Assembly (NCBI GenBank): GCA_030704615.1
Contig: CM060731.1
Coordinates: forward strand, 79,918,001-79,982,000
DNA length: 64,000 nt
Source of the DNA: Takakia lepidozioides
Lineage: Eukaryota > Plantae > Bryophyta
Direction: 5' to 3'
Shown here: positions 1 through 12,400 of the stretch, one piece after another
Numbering within the stretch: position 1 is the stretch's first letter
Layout of the letters: each line of letters opens with the position of its first letter
The notes under the pieces: generated by a model
What the model saw: the letters and a program-made list of their open reading frames with translations, nothing else
Database searches by the model: none
Told to the model about the DNA's origin: nothing
Translations under genes and position numbers: made by a program

Positions 1-259
1 GCCCCCCACAGGTAATCATCCCATTATCACACATAATACAACACCCTTATGCCTTTCCCTTTATGCAGCCTCTCCCTCATTTGGGCGTGAATGGTCAAAA
101 CCGAACGTCGCTCCTTCCACTCCTCACTCACTCCTTCTAAAACCACAATCAGATCTTGCATGAGTACTACTCTCTCAACCCTAAACTTTGTGGAATACAC
201 TTTACATGCATTGAGAAGATTAAATAAAATAATTTCCATGCGAGGGGGAATGACGCTTA

Positions 260-858
260 TACCTTGCGTGGTACTTTTTTCCCTTGGACATCATCCCGAT
301 ATCGGTCTTTCCTCTGGGCACTTGGTGAGACGCAAATCCTCTCCGTAGTATAGGGTTTTATCACATGGACATGCATGAAAAATCTTATAGTGCATCCCCA
401 CAGAGTCCAAGACTTCGCGCGCCTCTTTCCGCGACCGTGGCATCTTGCGGTTTCAAGTGTGGAGCAATGATGTAGTCTGCAATAGTTTGCATTATGACAG
501 ACATCCCAACATTACTTATGCCAAATCGAATTTGAAGATTGAGCAAAAGTAAGATTGTTGAAAGTCGACTCACTTTCGCCCTTTCGTACAAGGGAGTTCT
601 CGCCTCCCTCTCCATGTCATTTGAGGGGGCCATTTCAGGATCATCGATTGGTCGGGTTCCCTCTCCATGGGATGCATCAGCGCCCACATGATGCATTAAG
701 AGATCCTCCATGGCTTGCACATCCTCCTGGTTAATTCCATGCTCATTGTTGTTGTCATTGTCATTGTCACTGTCATCGTAATCGGAGGTCCCAATCATCC
801 CCGGGGAACTCGTAAGATGCAAATAGTTCGCTGCCAGCCCTAATAGTCCTACTAGCAC
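260..858 (-). pseudogene. CACTA Tnp2/TnpD-type transposase N-terminal region, frameshifted
   Basis: Acidic stretch, then TPLYERAKVSRLSTILLLLNL; after a frameshift MPRSRKEAREVLDSVGMHYKIFHACPCDKTLYYGEDLRLTKCP...VPRKV. This matches the PLY..SKLS / IHACPNDC.LY..CP.C / P.KV pattern of CACTA transposases. Confidence 0.8.
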
Positions 859-1273
859 ATGTCATCACAAACATGTGCATCCCCTCACAGTATACCGACG
901 TATGACCACAAAAGCTCTCATGCCCATCGCTTCGCTCGTCCCATACTACATTGGTTCTCCTAGGATGACCAAAAGAACTGTTGACCAGCCCAACAACATT
1001 GCCGAAGATGTCGGGGTCACCATCACAAAATCTGATCTCGATGGGAGACAACCCCCGTCTACGTACATCCTGTCTTTTGACACACAAAGGTAGGATATAT
1101 GGGGCTTCGAGGCGTAATGTACAAAACTCCGCGGAGGTGTAGTGAAACGAGTCCACCATGTTGTTTCTCCGTGGATGAACCACAATATCATTGACCGTGA
1201 ATAAACCCCGACCCATAGCAGGGTCTGTAGCAGCTCTCACAACATACCGTCTCCCCCAATACTCGAACTCCAC
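773..1273 (-). CDS. SET-domain (lysine methyltransferase-like) ORF inside the CACTA element
   Basis: GRGLFTVNDI (GxGLFA motif), GNVVGLVNSSFGHPRRTN (GN..RFINHSC.PN motif) and ASRTIRAGSELFASY (A.R.I..GEEL..DY motif) in canonical order. Same frame as the Pro-rich ORF 1313-1570, separated by one TGA. Confidence 0.7.
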   Translation of the reverse strand: MEFEYWGRRYVVRAATDPAMGRGLFTVNDIVVHPRRNNMVDSFHYTSAEFCTLRLEAPYILPLCVKRQDVRRRGLSPIEIRFCDGDPDIFGNVVGLVNSSFGHPRRTNVVWDERSDGHESFCGHTSVYCEGMHMFVMTCASRTIRAGSELFASYEFPGDDWDLRLR

Positions 1274-1519
1274 ATTTTCTCGGATGGGGGTGGGAGGGTC
1301 GAGATGATTCCCTCAATAACGAGGGTGGACGGTCCTCAGTAACATAGTCCTATGCGCTTCCCATCGGGGGCGAGGATCCGGCTTAGGCCGCCCAAGCCGA
1401 AGGGGAGGAAACCTAGGGCGAAGCCGACCCCTCCTAGGGGTTCGGGGGGCACATGCACGTGGAGGTGGAGGTGGTTGAGGATGTAATGCCGGAGGTGCAA
1501 CCGGGTGTACAACGTCCGG

Positions 1520-2440
1520 ATCGGGTGCACACTCTCCACATCGTCGGCGTGCTTTTTGAAGGTTAGCCACGCCCGCTTCTCGGCAAGGTTGCGGACATCT
1601 TGCTCCAACAAGAAATCATCTTGTGTCTATGCATCTCCCAACCCGGTGTTGTTCATGATGTGCTCTTTATGTTCCATCATGATTGGGGCAACAGACAGGC
1701 CTCGGCACAAACATTCAACGACCCAAGCTTTCAATTCTTCACTAATGTGTGGGTGCATAGGCATGGCGGGTGTTCCTGAACTCAGCCGCCTTCCCATGTA
1801 AGGTTTTCTCTTTTGGGTCTGTATGCTCCATGTTGTTGTAGTACGTGAGGATACATATGTCGGGGGCGAGGTAGCTTTGCTGGACCTTGAAACAACATTA
1901 GCAACCACGCTTGTAAGACTCTCCATACTCGGACTTATTTTTCCTTGGGCCTTTATGAAGGTGAGATGTTCCAGCACCCACAAGAGGTCCTCTACGCTTC
2001 AGTTTTGGATCCTCCACTATTGCATTGTTGGTGCGCTTGTCATCCGGGCCGTAGCAGCATTGATACCTGGACATTAAATTCAAAATCGATATCCATCACA
2101 GTAGATGGGAAACAAAAATGGCAACACACATGCAATGATTGTACAAAAGGACTGTGAGGATGGTGTACACATAGTACTGTTCATGAATGTATTGCCTATG
2201 GGCTCTTTTCGCATGTCGGGTTGCACTTTAGTATGGTCACTAACCCAAAACTGAGTGGGGTAGTCCACCAAACTCTCCTCTCCAAGGATGAAGTCATCAA
2301 CTCTATCCCAAGGTATGTAGGCCTTCTAAACATTCACTCGCACACCCGTATACCCATATTGCGTCTCACTCTTCCAATGGAGGTCATTCGTGTTGAAAGC
2401 TCCTGGTTTTCGTGTTTTCAAACATTGTCGAAGAGGCTGT
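1520..2440 (-). pseudogene. N-terminal fragment of plant SWIM zinc-finger / MULE-transposase-related protein (At1g60560/At4g13970-like)
   Basis: Stitched frames give FNTNDLHWK..AYIPWDRVDDFILGE..YPTQF, YQCCYGPDD, ESYKRGC*CCFKV, PHISEELKAWV..L.RGLSV, DDFLLEQDVRN..ADDVESV. These are colinear with motifs I recall for that family. Contains stops and frameshifts; truncated after DDVESV. Confidence 0.65.
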
Positions 2441-4261
2441 ATAAGCGGGCTTTCCGTTTCCAGTCTGTCGTGGCATTCTGCTTGCACATCCATGCCCTGT
2501 ACAGTGTAGAGGACATGCTTCAAAACCTGCAAGAAACGTGCGCAGTGCCCTGGATACGAGGGACAACGTGCAAGAGCAACAGTGCGCACGTTTAGGGTTT
2601 TGGCAAATGGCAGGCGCCAGGGATAAGGTTTGGGTTTAGGCCCTAAAAATGGAGGGCTCAGATGGGATTTAGGAGCGGACGGTCTAGATCAGGCCTCGTC
2701 GGCGGACTGGAAGTTGGGGAACTGTTGCAGCAGATTGGCGGGCAGATTGACAGGGTGGACGTGAAGAGACTGGCACAGCAGACCGGCCGCAGCGGGCGCG
2801 GCTGGGGACCGCGCGGGGCGGCGGGCGGGGGGGGGGGGGGGGGGCGCGTCCGTGCGTAGGGCCCACCGCTCAGGCCACACGTGCGCCATAATGTCGCTAA
2901 TATTGTAAAATGAGAGGCGCCTTAAAGCACGTGCAAGAAGGCGTGAGGTACACGGAGGCCCTGCCATTGTTTTTACTGATATGAAGTTTTATGGAATGAT
3001 GTTATGGCTAACAAGGCGTGATATACACTTAAGCCCTGTTGTTGACTAATTTGGTATTTAATAGGAGTGCATATACCGTGCACATATCACTCTTTCACCT
3101 ATATACTAGTACAACATTGGTCTCTATTTAAATAAATAAAAATAAAAATAAAAATACTAAAATATATGTACTATTTATTATAGCATATTACATATATATA
3201 TCTTCATATTATATTATGTCCTCATTCATAACTTATCACAAAATGGCATTGTGGGCTTGAGTAGAACACATAAAACATGAGGAACCTTTGATCACTTGGG
3301 ATATAAACACATATTACCATTTGATCTATGAACAAATGAATATACATGATAGACAATCAGCCATGAATAGAAAAAATTAAAAACATAAGGAGCATGTGAC
3401 CCACTTGAGGTATAAGGTACTTCACGTTGCATATGCATGCATACTAATGTAGTCACTGCTCAAGGCCAACAAAAAAATGAGTGTAACATGTGCCCAATTG
3501 GGATCTAAAAACTTTCATGTTCCCAATAAGTCTCATGGGAACAACCCATGATATAAGGTTAAGGTCACTTTGGCCAACTTGATGCGTAGTTCCTACCCTG
3601 TCGGGCAAGGCCAACAAAAAAAAGGTCTGGTAGTGCATTCCACCGGAGTGGAATGCACCGCCGTGGCCAAGCGCGCCAATATGCGCTAGAAGGAGCAGAT
3701 AATAACAAAGAGAAAAATCTCAAAGTGCTTTATGTCCATTAGAACTGGTGAGCACGCAGTCAAACCCACCCTTTATCCAATCCAAGGGTACCATTGGGTT
3801 TCACCTTGATGTCCCCCCTCCTAGGTCCCACGCTCCTACGGTCCCTTCCTCCCTCCCTTCCTCCTCCTTCCTGCTTCGCCGTTCTCATGTTCCTCAGCTC
3901 CCCCGCTCCCATGTTTTTGGTTCCCCTGCTTCTTGCTCTTGTAGCTAGGGAGTGTGGAGAAGTGATGTGGATTGGTGGAATGGAATGAACGGCACGTAGT
4001 CGCACTGACCCAAACGGCTTCGCAGCCGTATACAGGTGGTAAAGAATAGAATAAAGATTAGCTTTGCAAGTACCAAGAGGACGCAGCCTGGTATATTACC
4101 ACAATGAAACTACCATTTATTTTTTGTATTCGGATAGGTTTTAAAATGGTGCCGTCGATGAAGACGACAGCTGGGTAGAAGAAGAAGGAAGCCAAAACAA
4201 AAGACAATTTAACACAATAGAATGAGAAATCATGGAAATGAACATTACTATTAGGATATGT

Positions 4262-7200
4262 GTTTTATAGTCATCATGCCCATATTGGAGAGCTTACAGT
4301 TGTTCAGTCAGAAGTAGATACGCGTCAGGGTGATCCATTAGGGGGACCTCTTTTTGCCTTTGCCCACTTCCGAGCAACGACGCGACCGCGTGAGCCTGGC
4401 GTGTGAGCGTGTGAGTGTACGCTCACACAATGGTGATGTGGCGTGAGCCTACACTCACAGCGCTGACGTGGCGCTGGTGCTGATGTGGCGTGAGCCCATC
4501 CAAGGTCGTGCCACGTCACCACAAAGATGGTGGGCCTATAACCGTGGAGCCTATAACTGTGGGATTTCACCATCTGAAGGTGAGATGGGTTAAGGGTTTA
4601 GGGTGTCCCCAGAGATCAACCTTGTGTTAACACGAGGTTGATTTCAAGTTCTCGAAATCAACCTTGTATTAACACGAGGTTGATTTCCGAGAATGTTCAT
4701 TTGAATGTGAATTGATGTGTTCGCAAATGAACAAATGAGTTTGAGGAACGAATGCAACAAATGGTAGACGCACGCACAACACGATTGATGACGTGACATA
4801 CACCGACAGACATACGATTTCATTTTATTTTTTATTTATTTTTTCTCCCTGGGGGGGTGATGCAAATCAACCTTGCGTTGACGCAACTTTGATTTGAGAA
4901 ATGAAAGCATCATTTTTTTGAAGTTTTGTTTTGTTTTTTTTTTTGGTTTTTTTTTCGCTCTCTGGGGGTGATGCAAATCAACCTTGCGTTGACGCAACCT
5001 TGGTTTGAGAATGAAAGCATCATTTTTTGAAGATTTGTTTTTTTTTTCCTCCTTGGAATCTTGCGTTGACGCAACCTTGATTTGAGAAATGAAAGTTTTT
5101 ATTTTTATTTTTTTTTTTTTTTTTTTATCCTGGGAGGGTGATGCAAATCAACCTTGCGTTGACGCAACTTTGATTTGAGAAATGAAAGCATATTTTTTTT
5201 TAGGACTGTTTTTTGCATTTTGTACGGTTGCTGGCCCTGTTGTTCTTCGTTTCGTGTCTTGCATTGCAACTCTTGCCAACCTGTTCTGCACCATGTTTTT
5301 TCATAAACCACAAAGACGCTTTAGGGATTTCATGGTGTTTGTCTGGAGAACATCTATCAATGAAAAGTGGATGTGAATTGGGGGGAAAGAACTTCGTTAG
5401 AACAAACTCATTCTCCTTCGTGTTCATTACGCAACAGAACATTGTACTTTCTGAAATATCCTATGCCCGTGGACAAAAACCATCCACAAACCACCTGTGA
5501 TTTCTCATCCGACCAAGATTTGGATGAGGGATGAGATTTCTCGGAAATTAAAGTTGGCAAATCTGGGGCGTGGTAGTCGCCTACAGTTCCGGGGAAATAG
5601 GTGGCATCCGCGGAATTAGGTCTTGCACGTGGCAAACCTTGCTGACGTGGCGTGAGCCTGGCTGGGCTCACGCGGCAAGGCTCACGCACAAGCATTCCCC
5701 ACTTCCGAGCTCTTTGCTCTTCTGCCCAAGCCTTCCCATCCTGCATATTTCCTTCTATTGCTGATGATACACACATCACTGGCCCTACTAGTGATATCCT
5801 GTTGGCTTTACATCACTTTGCTGACCAACTCCACTCTCTAGGGCTCACTGTTCAACCCTGCAAGTCCACAGTTTGGTCACCCTCTGGTCTGCCTTCAGAT
5901 TTTGTGCCCCCTACCGACTTTCTAGCAGCATCTGAAGGTGTTAGGTGTTCCTCTTGGCACTATCTTTTACACAACATCTTTCCTTCAAGACGCCTGCCTA
6001 CAGGATACCAGTCATATAGAGCTTCTTCCCAAACTAGGGGATATGCAGGTAGCCCATGGCATTCTCACCAAATGTTTTCTAAACCGACCTTCTTATCTCT
6101 TACGTTGTTTCCCCCCAAGTACCCAGTTTTTGGAGCTTCTGTCTTCTTTTGATACGACTGTTATGGATTTTTGGTCGTCTATTAGGCTTAGGTGCATTTG
6201 ATAATGAGGAGGGTTCCTTGGCATATCGTCAAGCTACCCTCCCGATCTCTTCTAGGGGAGTGGGCTTATTATCCACAGTTGCAACTGCCCCTGCTGCCTT
6301 CTTGGGTAGCTGGGCTCTAGTTGCTCCAACCTTGGCATCTCTATTTTTGTGTCAGCAGCACCCTATCCTCATGGAAGTGGTTGCCCACATCGACGATGGC
6401 TCTTTGCCCTTCCAACAATATCTTCATGCAGCACGAGACCTCATCCCGATACCAGCACAAGCTTGTCTACGACGAACAATTGGTGACTCAAGGCCTGGAG
6501 CACTTACAGGATACCATCATTGAACGCGTGCACTGATATTCCTTTCCAGCATGCTTTCCGATACTCCTTCAGATACACATCGGGCCAGACTTCTCTCTTG
6601 TGCTAGGCCTGGAGCAGGCGCCTGACTCACAGTACGACCAGCCATAGCACCATTCCGTATGTCCTCAGCTGTGTTTACCACCTCCCTTCGGATTAGACTT
6701 GGTCTTCTGCATCCCTCTGTGTTAGGACTACAGCGGTGTGTTTGTTGCCATCCTATCGACCCACTTGGTGTCAATCTTCTTCGTTGCCATTGCGGCGGAG
6801 AACGCACTGCGACTCATGACGTCGTCCGCGATGCAGTAGCTGCGGTTGCTTGTGATGCAGAGGTTCATGTCTTTCGAGAGCAGATGCACGTACTTCCAGC
6901 CCACGATCATTGTTCCAAATGACGGCGCGTTGACCTGTCATCTCTCATGACGGGCTGCGTACATTGGCGGACGACGTGGTCATCACTGATCCTACTAGGG
7001 AAAATCTCCTTCCACGCACAGCCTCATCACAGGGAGTTGCTGCTTCGGTAGCCGTACTGGGGAAGGAACGCGACTATCGGGAACGTCACCCCACAGACAC
7101 ATTCCTCCCTTTGGCGGTCGAGATCTTTGGTTGTTTGCATCATCAGTTCAACAACTTCCTTCGTACATTCGTACATGTGCCCATCGCGCAACTAAAACAA

Positions 7201-7406
7201 AAGCCTTGGAAGCCCATACGTCTATGTTCTTACAACTTTATTTAGACAGCGAATCTCTCTTGCTTTACAAAAGGCTCAAACTCTATCCATTTTGCATCGG
7301 GAGAGGTTGTCGGGGCAGTTTCATCTCGCCTCCTGGCACTTTCTGACCTACCCTCTTTCCTGTTGTCTGACCTTCTTCAGGCAGTAGGTGATACTACAAC
7401 AGTTTG
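4262..7406 (+). mobile_element. Decayed non-LTR retrotransposon with RT, CCHC and restriction-like endonuclease (CRE/NeSL/R2 group, most CRE-like), 5'-truncated and interrupted
   Basis: RQGDPLGGPLF (4322-4355), SIADDTHI, LGVPLG, QATLP..GVGL, GAGA*L, LRIRLGL, CVC..DPLG..LLRC..THDVVRD, DVVITDP, KERDY, FLPLAVEIFG. Many frameshifts. Confidence 0.8.
4376..5697. mobile_element. Non-autonomous insertion (MULE-like?) in the LINE RT
   Basis: CCCACTTCCGAGC is duplicated at 4363-4375 and 5698-5710; removing the insert rejoins AHFRALC. GCGTGAGCC motifs near both ends; internal palindromic tandem units. Confidence 0.7.
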
Positions 7407-7806
7407 ACTTCTGTTTATCATTATATCTAGCTCTATAAGATTTTGCTTCTCCCCTTTGGGATAGTTTTACCCATTTCGTACAGTCACCCCACTTGGGTCT
7501 TTTTATAAAGCTATACAGGTTAAATTCTTGATAGGTGGAGGGGATGTGGATGTCAACTGCTTGATGGAAGGGCTGTTAGATGGTTGGGTTGTTACATGTG
7601 ACAATCTCATTATGGTCTGGCAGGGTCTTCATGTATTTTTACTCATGGGCGTCATTTCTCATGGTGTCCAGGAGTTTATGGATGCCTATCAACTAACATC
7701 AACTCAGGAGACAAACTTCTATCAAACGGCAAAGCTGAATTCTGCAATTTCCCATGAATTCTGGTCAGCCGAGCTGGTCACCAAGAAAATGCGGCACAGT
7801 ACAGAC

Positions 7807-8468
7807 CAGTATTGGGCGGGTATTACTTTTTCTAATACCAGCCGGGTCTTGGTGTTGAATGAAAATTAATTTTCAATACCAGCCGGTTCCATAGTATTGG
7901 AAGATTCTCTTAATTTTAATACCCGCCAGTTCTCAATAGTAGTATGATTTTTGATTTGCAGATGGGTATCAGTAGGGTGGATATTCCAATCTAATACCAG
8001 CCGGTTATCAACCTCAATTAAAGTTAAAAATAAAATAACCATTAAATAACTAGTATGTCTTTAATTGAATTTAGAAAATTTCACTTGATTTCACAAAGAA
8101 GTTAATTATTATTTTGCAAAATTCAGACTTTGCATTGCATAATAAAAAAGAATAGGGGCGGGCCTGCCCTACATGTGCTGAGAAACAAATAATAGTGGCG
8201 GGCTCTTGGGGCTGGACATGCCCTCCCTCACATGTGCACCCTCTTACCCTTGACCCCTGCAATCATGTGCACCCGCCCAATGTCCTATTCATACCACGGT
8301 ATAGTCCTTGTTTTTGCACATAATACGGGTCCGGATCCGGGTATTGTCTTGGCAATACCAGCCGGGTCGGTTATTAACCATAGTATTACAAAAGCCAATA
8401 CTAGCCGGGTCAGTTATTCAATACCTTGGTTGATACCCGGCTAGACCCTATATACCAGTGCAACACTG
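7807..8468. mobile_element. hAT-type MITE
   Basis: 8-bp TSD GTACAGAC (7799-7806 and 8469-8476). Imperfect TIR CAGTATTGGGCGGGTAT / ATACCAGTGCAACACTG. Many AATACCAGCCGG subterminal motifs. Confidence 0.85.
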
Positions 8469-9039
8469 GTACAGACCGTTGCACAACGGATGAAAGTTTC
8501 ATATTTTTGAGCATGTTTGGAATCTGACTTGGTAGAGAGGCTCGAATTCCCCTAGGGACGCAAGTGCATTACAAATAGTTGGTCACGAATACATTACCAG
8601 TATCCAGTAGTGTTTTTATTTCTGGCGAAATTTCGCACATTTTCGACCTAAAAAAAATTCGAATATTCTGTCATAAAATCCATATTTTCTCATGGATGAA
8701 ATCGCCAAAATTCTCCAAAAAAAATAAACTGAGGATAAATTCGCCTAATATGGTTCCCTTATATAGCCTCTCAGGGCCAGTGGGACCCTTCTAATATGTT
8801 TCCCTTATATAGCCTCTCAAGCCGGTGGGACCTTGGGACCTTCTAGAAGGCCTAGACACATGTCAACCCCACAACACTTCTTATTCTAAATTTAGCCAAT
8901 TTCTCCCTTCTTTTTTTGGACCCCCTCATCTCATTCCTTAATACGCGTGGCCTTCCTACATAGGCGCCCCACTCTAATTCCTGGGCCACAGTAATTCCTG
9001 GACCACTCTAGAATCAGGGCCCGAATGAAACTGCTCTAG

Positions 9040-9170
9040 ATATTCATATTCATTGGAATGGTGGGTTATTGTCCCAAGGATATCAATGAGCCGGATTTTC
9101 AGTTTGCAAACAATAATGTGAGTACACAAGATATGCAACAAGGACTAGATGAGTACATTAAGTATGGAGT
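9040..9170 (+). pseudogene. Possible Replitron-type HUH endonuclease fragment
   Basis: FIGMVGYCPKDINEPDFQFANNNVS..DMQQGLDEYIKYG resembles the GM.GYC.KD (YxxK) segment I recall from plant Replitron transposases. The HUH motif itself was not seen. Confidence 0.45.
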
Positions 9171-9478
9171 TCTTACATTATTCCTAGTGTTCTGCATTTC
9201 AACATTATGCAAAACGCCAGCTCTAAATGCAGAAATTCAAAACTTCCATTACAAAAGCTTCCACAGACCTCTCAAGTTCGCACAACAGACCGTCAAGCAG
9301 TAGTAGGTAGGTAGCATACCTATGTTCGGTAGTAAACCCTAGCATATGAAGTTGGGTGCAAGTGCCCATGACAAGGCCATCTGGGAAGAACGATTTCTAG
9401 ACAGCTTTTGCTCGAACGTCTCGAACGGCCCCCCTTACATGACGGAATTGCAGGAAAAGTATGTTTACTCCAAGATTC

Positions 9479-12400
9479 TTAGCTGAATAGACTTTGCAAC
9501 CTTCCTGGCTGGTAGTCAGGAGAAGCAATGGGCTTCAAAGGTTGAGAGATGGCAGCCCCCTCAACCACCACCCTGCCCTCACTATGTAGGGTGTATGCCA
9601 CGTTGATGCCCTCCAGAATCAGATGATAAGTTACATTTTCTAAATTGGAGTTTGGCATGCCTCCACCTTTCTGACTCATATCTGGACCACTAGGTTGTTG
9701 CAAAGGTTCCAACTCCCCTGTCTTTCTCTCCCCCTCATCTCTGTCTGCCAGTTTGTCAAACTGGGCTAAATTTCCCTCAGCATCCTTAGGAGGGTTGTCT
9801 GAAAGCTGTGTGTGAGGTCTATCTACCCTATTGGAAGTGATTCCCATTTGGGCACTCATGTCCACTTGTTCTTTGACACTGACGATGCTGCTCAGGGCTG
9901 ATTCATGGAGAGTGCTCAAGACTCCAACGTGGGGTCTCTGCCGTTGGCTCAATGAACGAATATCTCTTGAAAGCACTTGCTTGATAAGAGCCCGAACTTC
10001 ATCACAGCTGGAGTATAGTGATTGCTTGCCCTGTACATATAACAAGCTCAGTATTTACCACCACAGCTAAGAACAGATGTCTGAATCTTGCTCCGGATAG
10101 AGATAGGCAATGCAGCACAATTGTAGCGCAGTGCCTCACAATGTGAAAATGCATTGCTTGAGGGTTGGAATGCAGACTATCCACACCCTACAGTATTGAA
10201 CACAAAAGCTGACAAGGGCCAATGTTTGTTTAGGAGATAGGTCACAATCCCCTGGTGATAAATAGATGACTCACCATCACCTCCCAACATTGTATAATAT
10301 CCCGCGAAAAGTTCCCAGTGAAACTGACTGATGTCATTGCTATCACATCATCCTCCCCTCCTGCCTGGACACAACAAAGGAGTTGTTGAAGTCCCTCCGT
10401 CTGGTGGTTCATATCCAGGGGGCCACACAAACGAGGAAAGAAATGAAAGGAAATGAAAGGTTCCTTTATGGTGTCTGCGGAAAGCTCAAAGAGCTTATTG
10501 GACAAGGGAAAGCATGAAACAAGAAAGAGAGTGGCCCTCAACAAGCAGCCCAAAAACAAAGGGATCGTCTAACAGTCAACCACTCACACAGGAAAGAATG
10601 TACTCATAGAAGTTGTTTGCCGTAGCCTTGATGCCATTGACCCCGCGCTCAGTTTGAACGGAACACAAAGGGACAGAAACTACCTTTGTCAGGGGCTGAC
10701 GCCGGTAGTATGACTAACCTTGGAACAGACAATTAATCTGAGTTTTCCAGATATCCTCTAGAAATCCCATCAATCTGCTGTGTGTGGTTTGCGCAATAAC
10801 TAGGCCCCAAAGGGGCCTGGGCTTTTGGCTCAGTCTCTGAGACTTTCAAAGTTGGTAAACAGAGGTTCAGACACAATTCCCTTGATGGATTTGAAGAGGG
10901 CGTCTCTCTCGTGAGAGTATCCAGGACAATGAATCAGAAAATGAATATTGTCTACAGGTTGCCCGCACAATGGGCAATTGCAATCCCTCCTTCCTCTCTG
11001 CATCTGTTTGCTGTTAAAAGGTAGGCTTACCGCCCTGACTTTAAATTTCAGTCTAGTGCCGAGGGTGGGTAAACCCTTGAGGTCATCCATGATGGCGTCT
11101 CCCATGTCACAGACTGGAAACAAGTTCAGGGAAGTTTTCTGCCTAACTTCATTTTCATCAGACAATTTCCTGGCATTAGACATGGCTTTGGACACTACAG
11201 AAAAGGCAAGAAAAGAAAGAGAGGGCGAAAGGAAGAAAGGGATTTTATAACGTCCATGCAAGCCAGGGCTCCTTATGGGGGGAAAGAGCGAGAACCTTCA
11301 CCCATGATGGCGCTGAAGCTTCAGGAACAGCATCGCAATAAGGAAGATATGGTTTCACATCCAAAACTGGCTGCAATACACTCCAACCACACATCTCAGC
11401 AATGATTCATTCACTGCATAAAGTACAACAAACAGTACTTGGAGAGCCTCTGAGAGAGAGGACATATATGCTCACATAATACATGGCTTGTGGCCTTAAA
11501 CTTCTGCCCCCAGTGTGAATGGACCAGATCTGATTTCAAGAAAAAGAAAGAGATGTAGTTCTCATTAGACTTCACTTTCAATAGCCTGGGCCCCCCACTG
11601 TTTCAGCAGAGTGAAAAAAAAATGGTGGAGAGGCTTGCTACGATGAAAGGGGAGAGGGTGCCTTTACTGCTAAGAACTATGACAGCGTTCCAGTTCACAC
11701 TATTATTAAGTCTATTATAGCACTTCTTGATGCTGTCTACCAGGATAAGAGGTTGAACTGTTAGATCACTATGTCCATCACCACCAATGGCTTGCACAAA
11801 TACTTTCACAGTATCCTTCAGTTTAGTGCAAAAACACTGGTAAGTGGTCATGTTTTTGTTTCCCAGCTTTTTATAGCGACAATCAATCTTATTAGTAGAT
11901 GTCATTAAGCCTCAATTCTCACTTTCCAGGGGTTTCACTTGTTGGCTGCTCTTAGCGCGAAGGCAAAATGCATTACTACTGCGGACATGAACCAGAGAGA
12001 GAAACAAAGACCTGTTTAACCACCAACAGTCATATTAGCGTGCAGTATCAGGATCAAAATTCAACGGGCTATACTGACGCCAGCATAAAATTCCAAGAGA
12101 AACACAAAGGCTGACAGGACCAGTGAGCAAGGACGGGGAATAGTGATGAACAACCGTGCCATCCACTAAGTCAGCGCCAGAAAGCAGCAGAGTTGGCCCT
12201 TGCACACCTTCCACCTGGTCGGGTATACATCCAAGTTTTAGTGTTGGATCGATAAGAGGCACAGTACAGGGGATAAGTTATACGTAACATTCTTCTGAAA
12301 CCTATTTTGGAGAAATATTCAGACCTCGCACACAATTCTTTAATGCCAACATACCAAGGCAGGGTCAGTCCATGCTAGAAGTGAGGTTCTTGCTGACAAT

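Larger units (their letters stand above)
1..3635 (-). mobile_element. CACTA/EnSpm DNA transposon, one end only (other end outside window)
   Basis: TAGTG at 3631-3635 reads CACTACCAGACC on the minus strand. Subterminal repeat AAGGCCAACAAAAAAA at ~3462 and ~3608. Tnp2-like coding sequence lies on the same strand at ~260-860. Confidence 0.65.
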
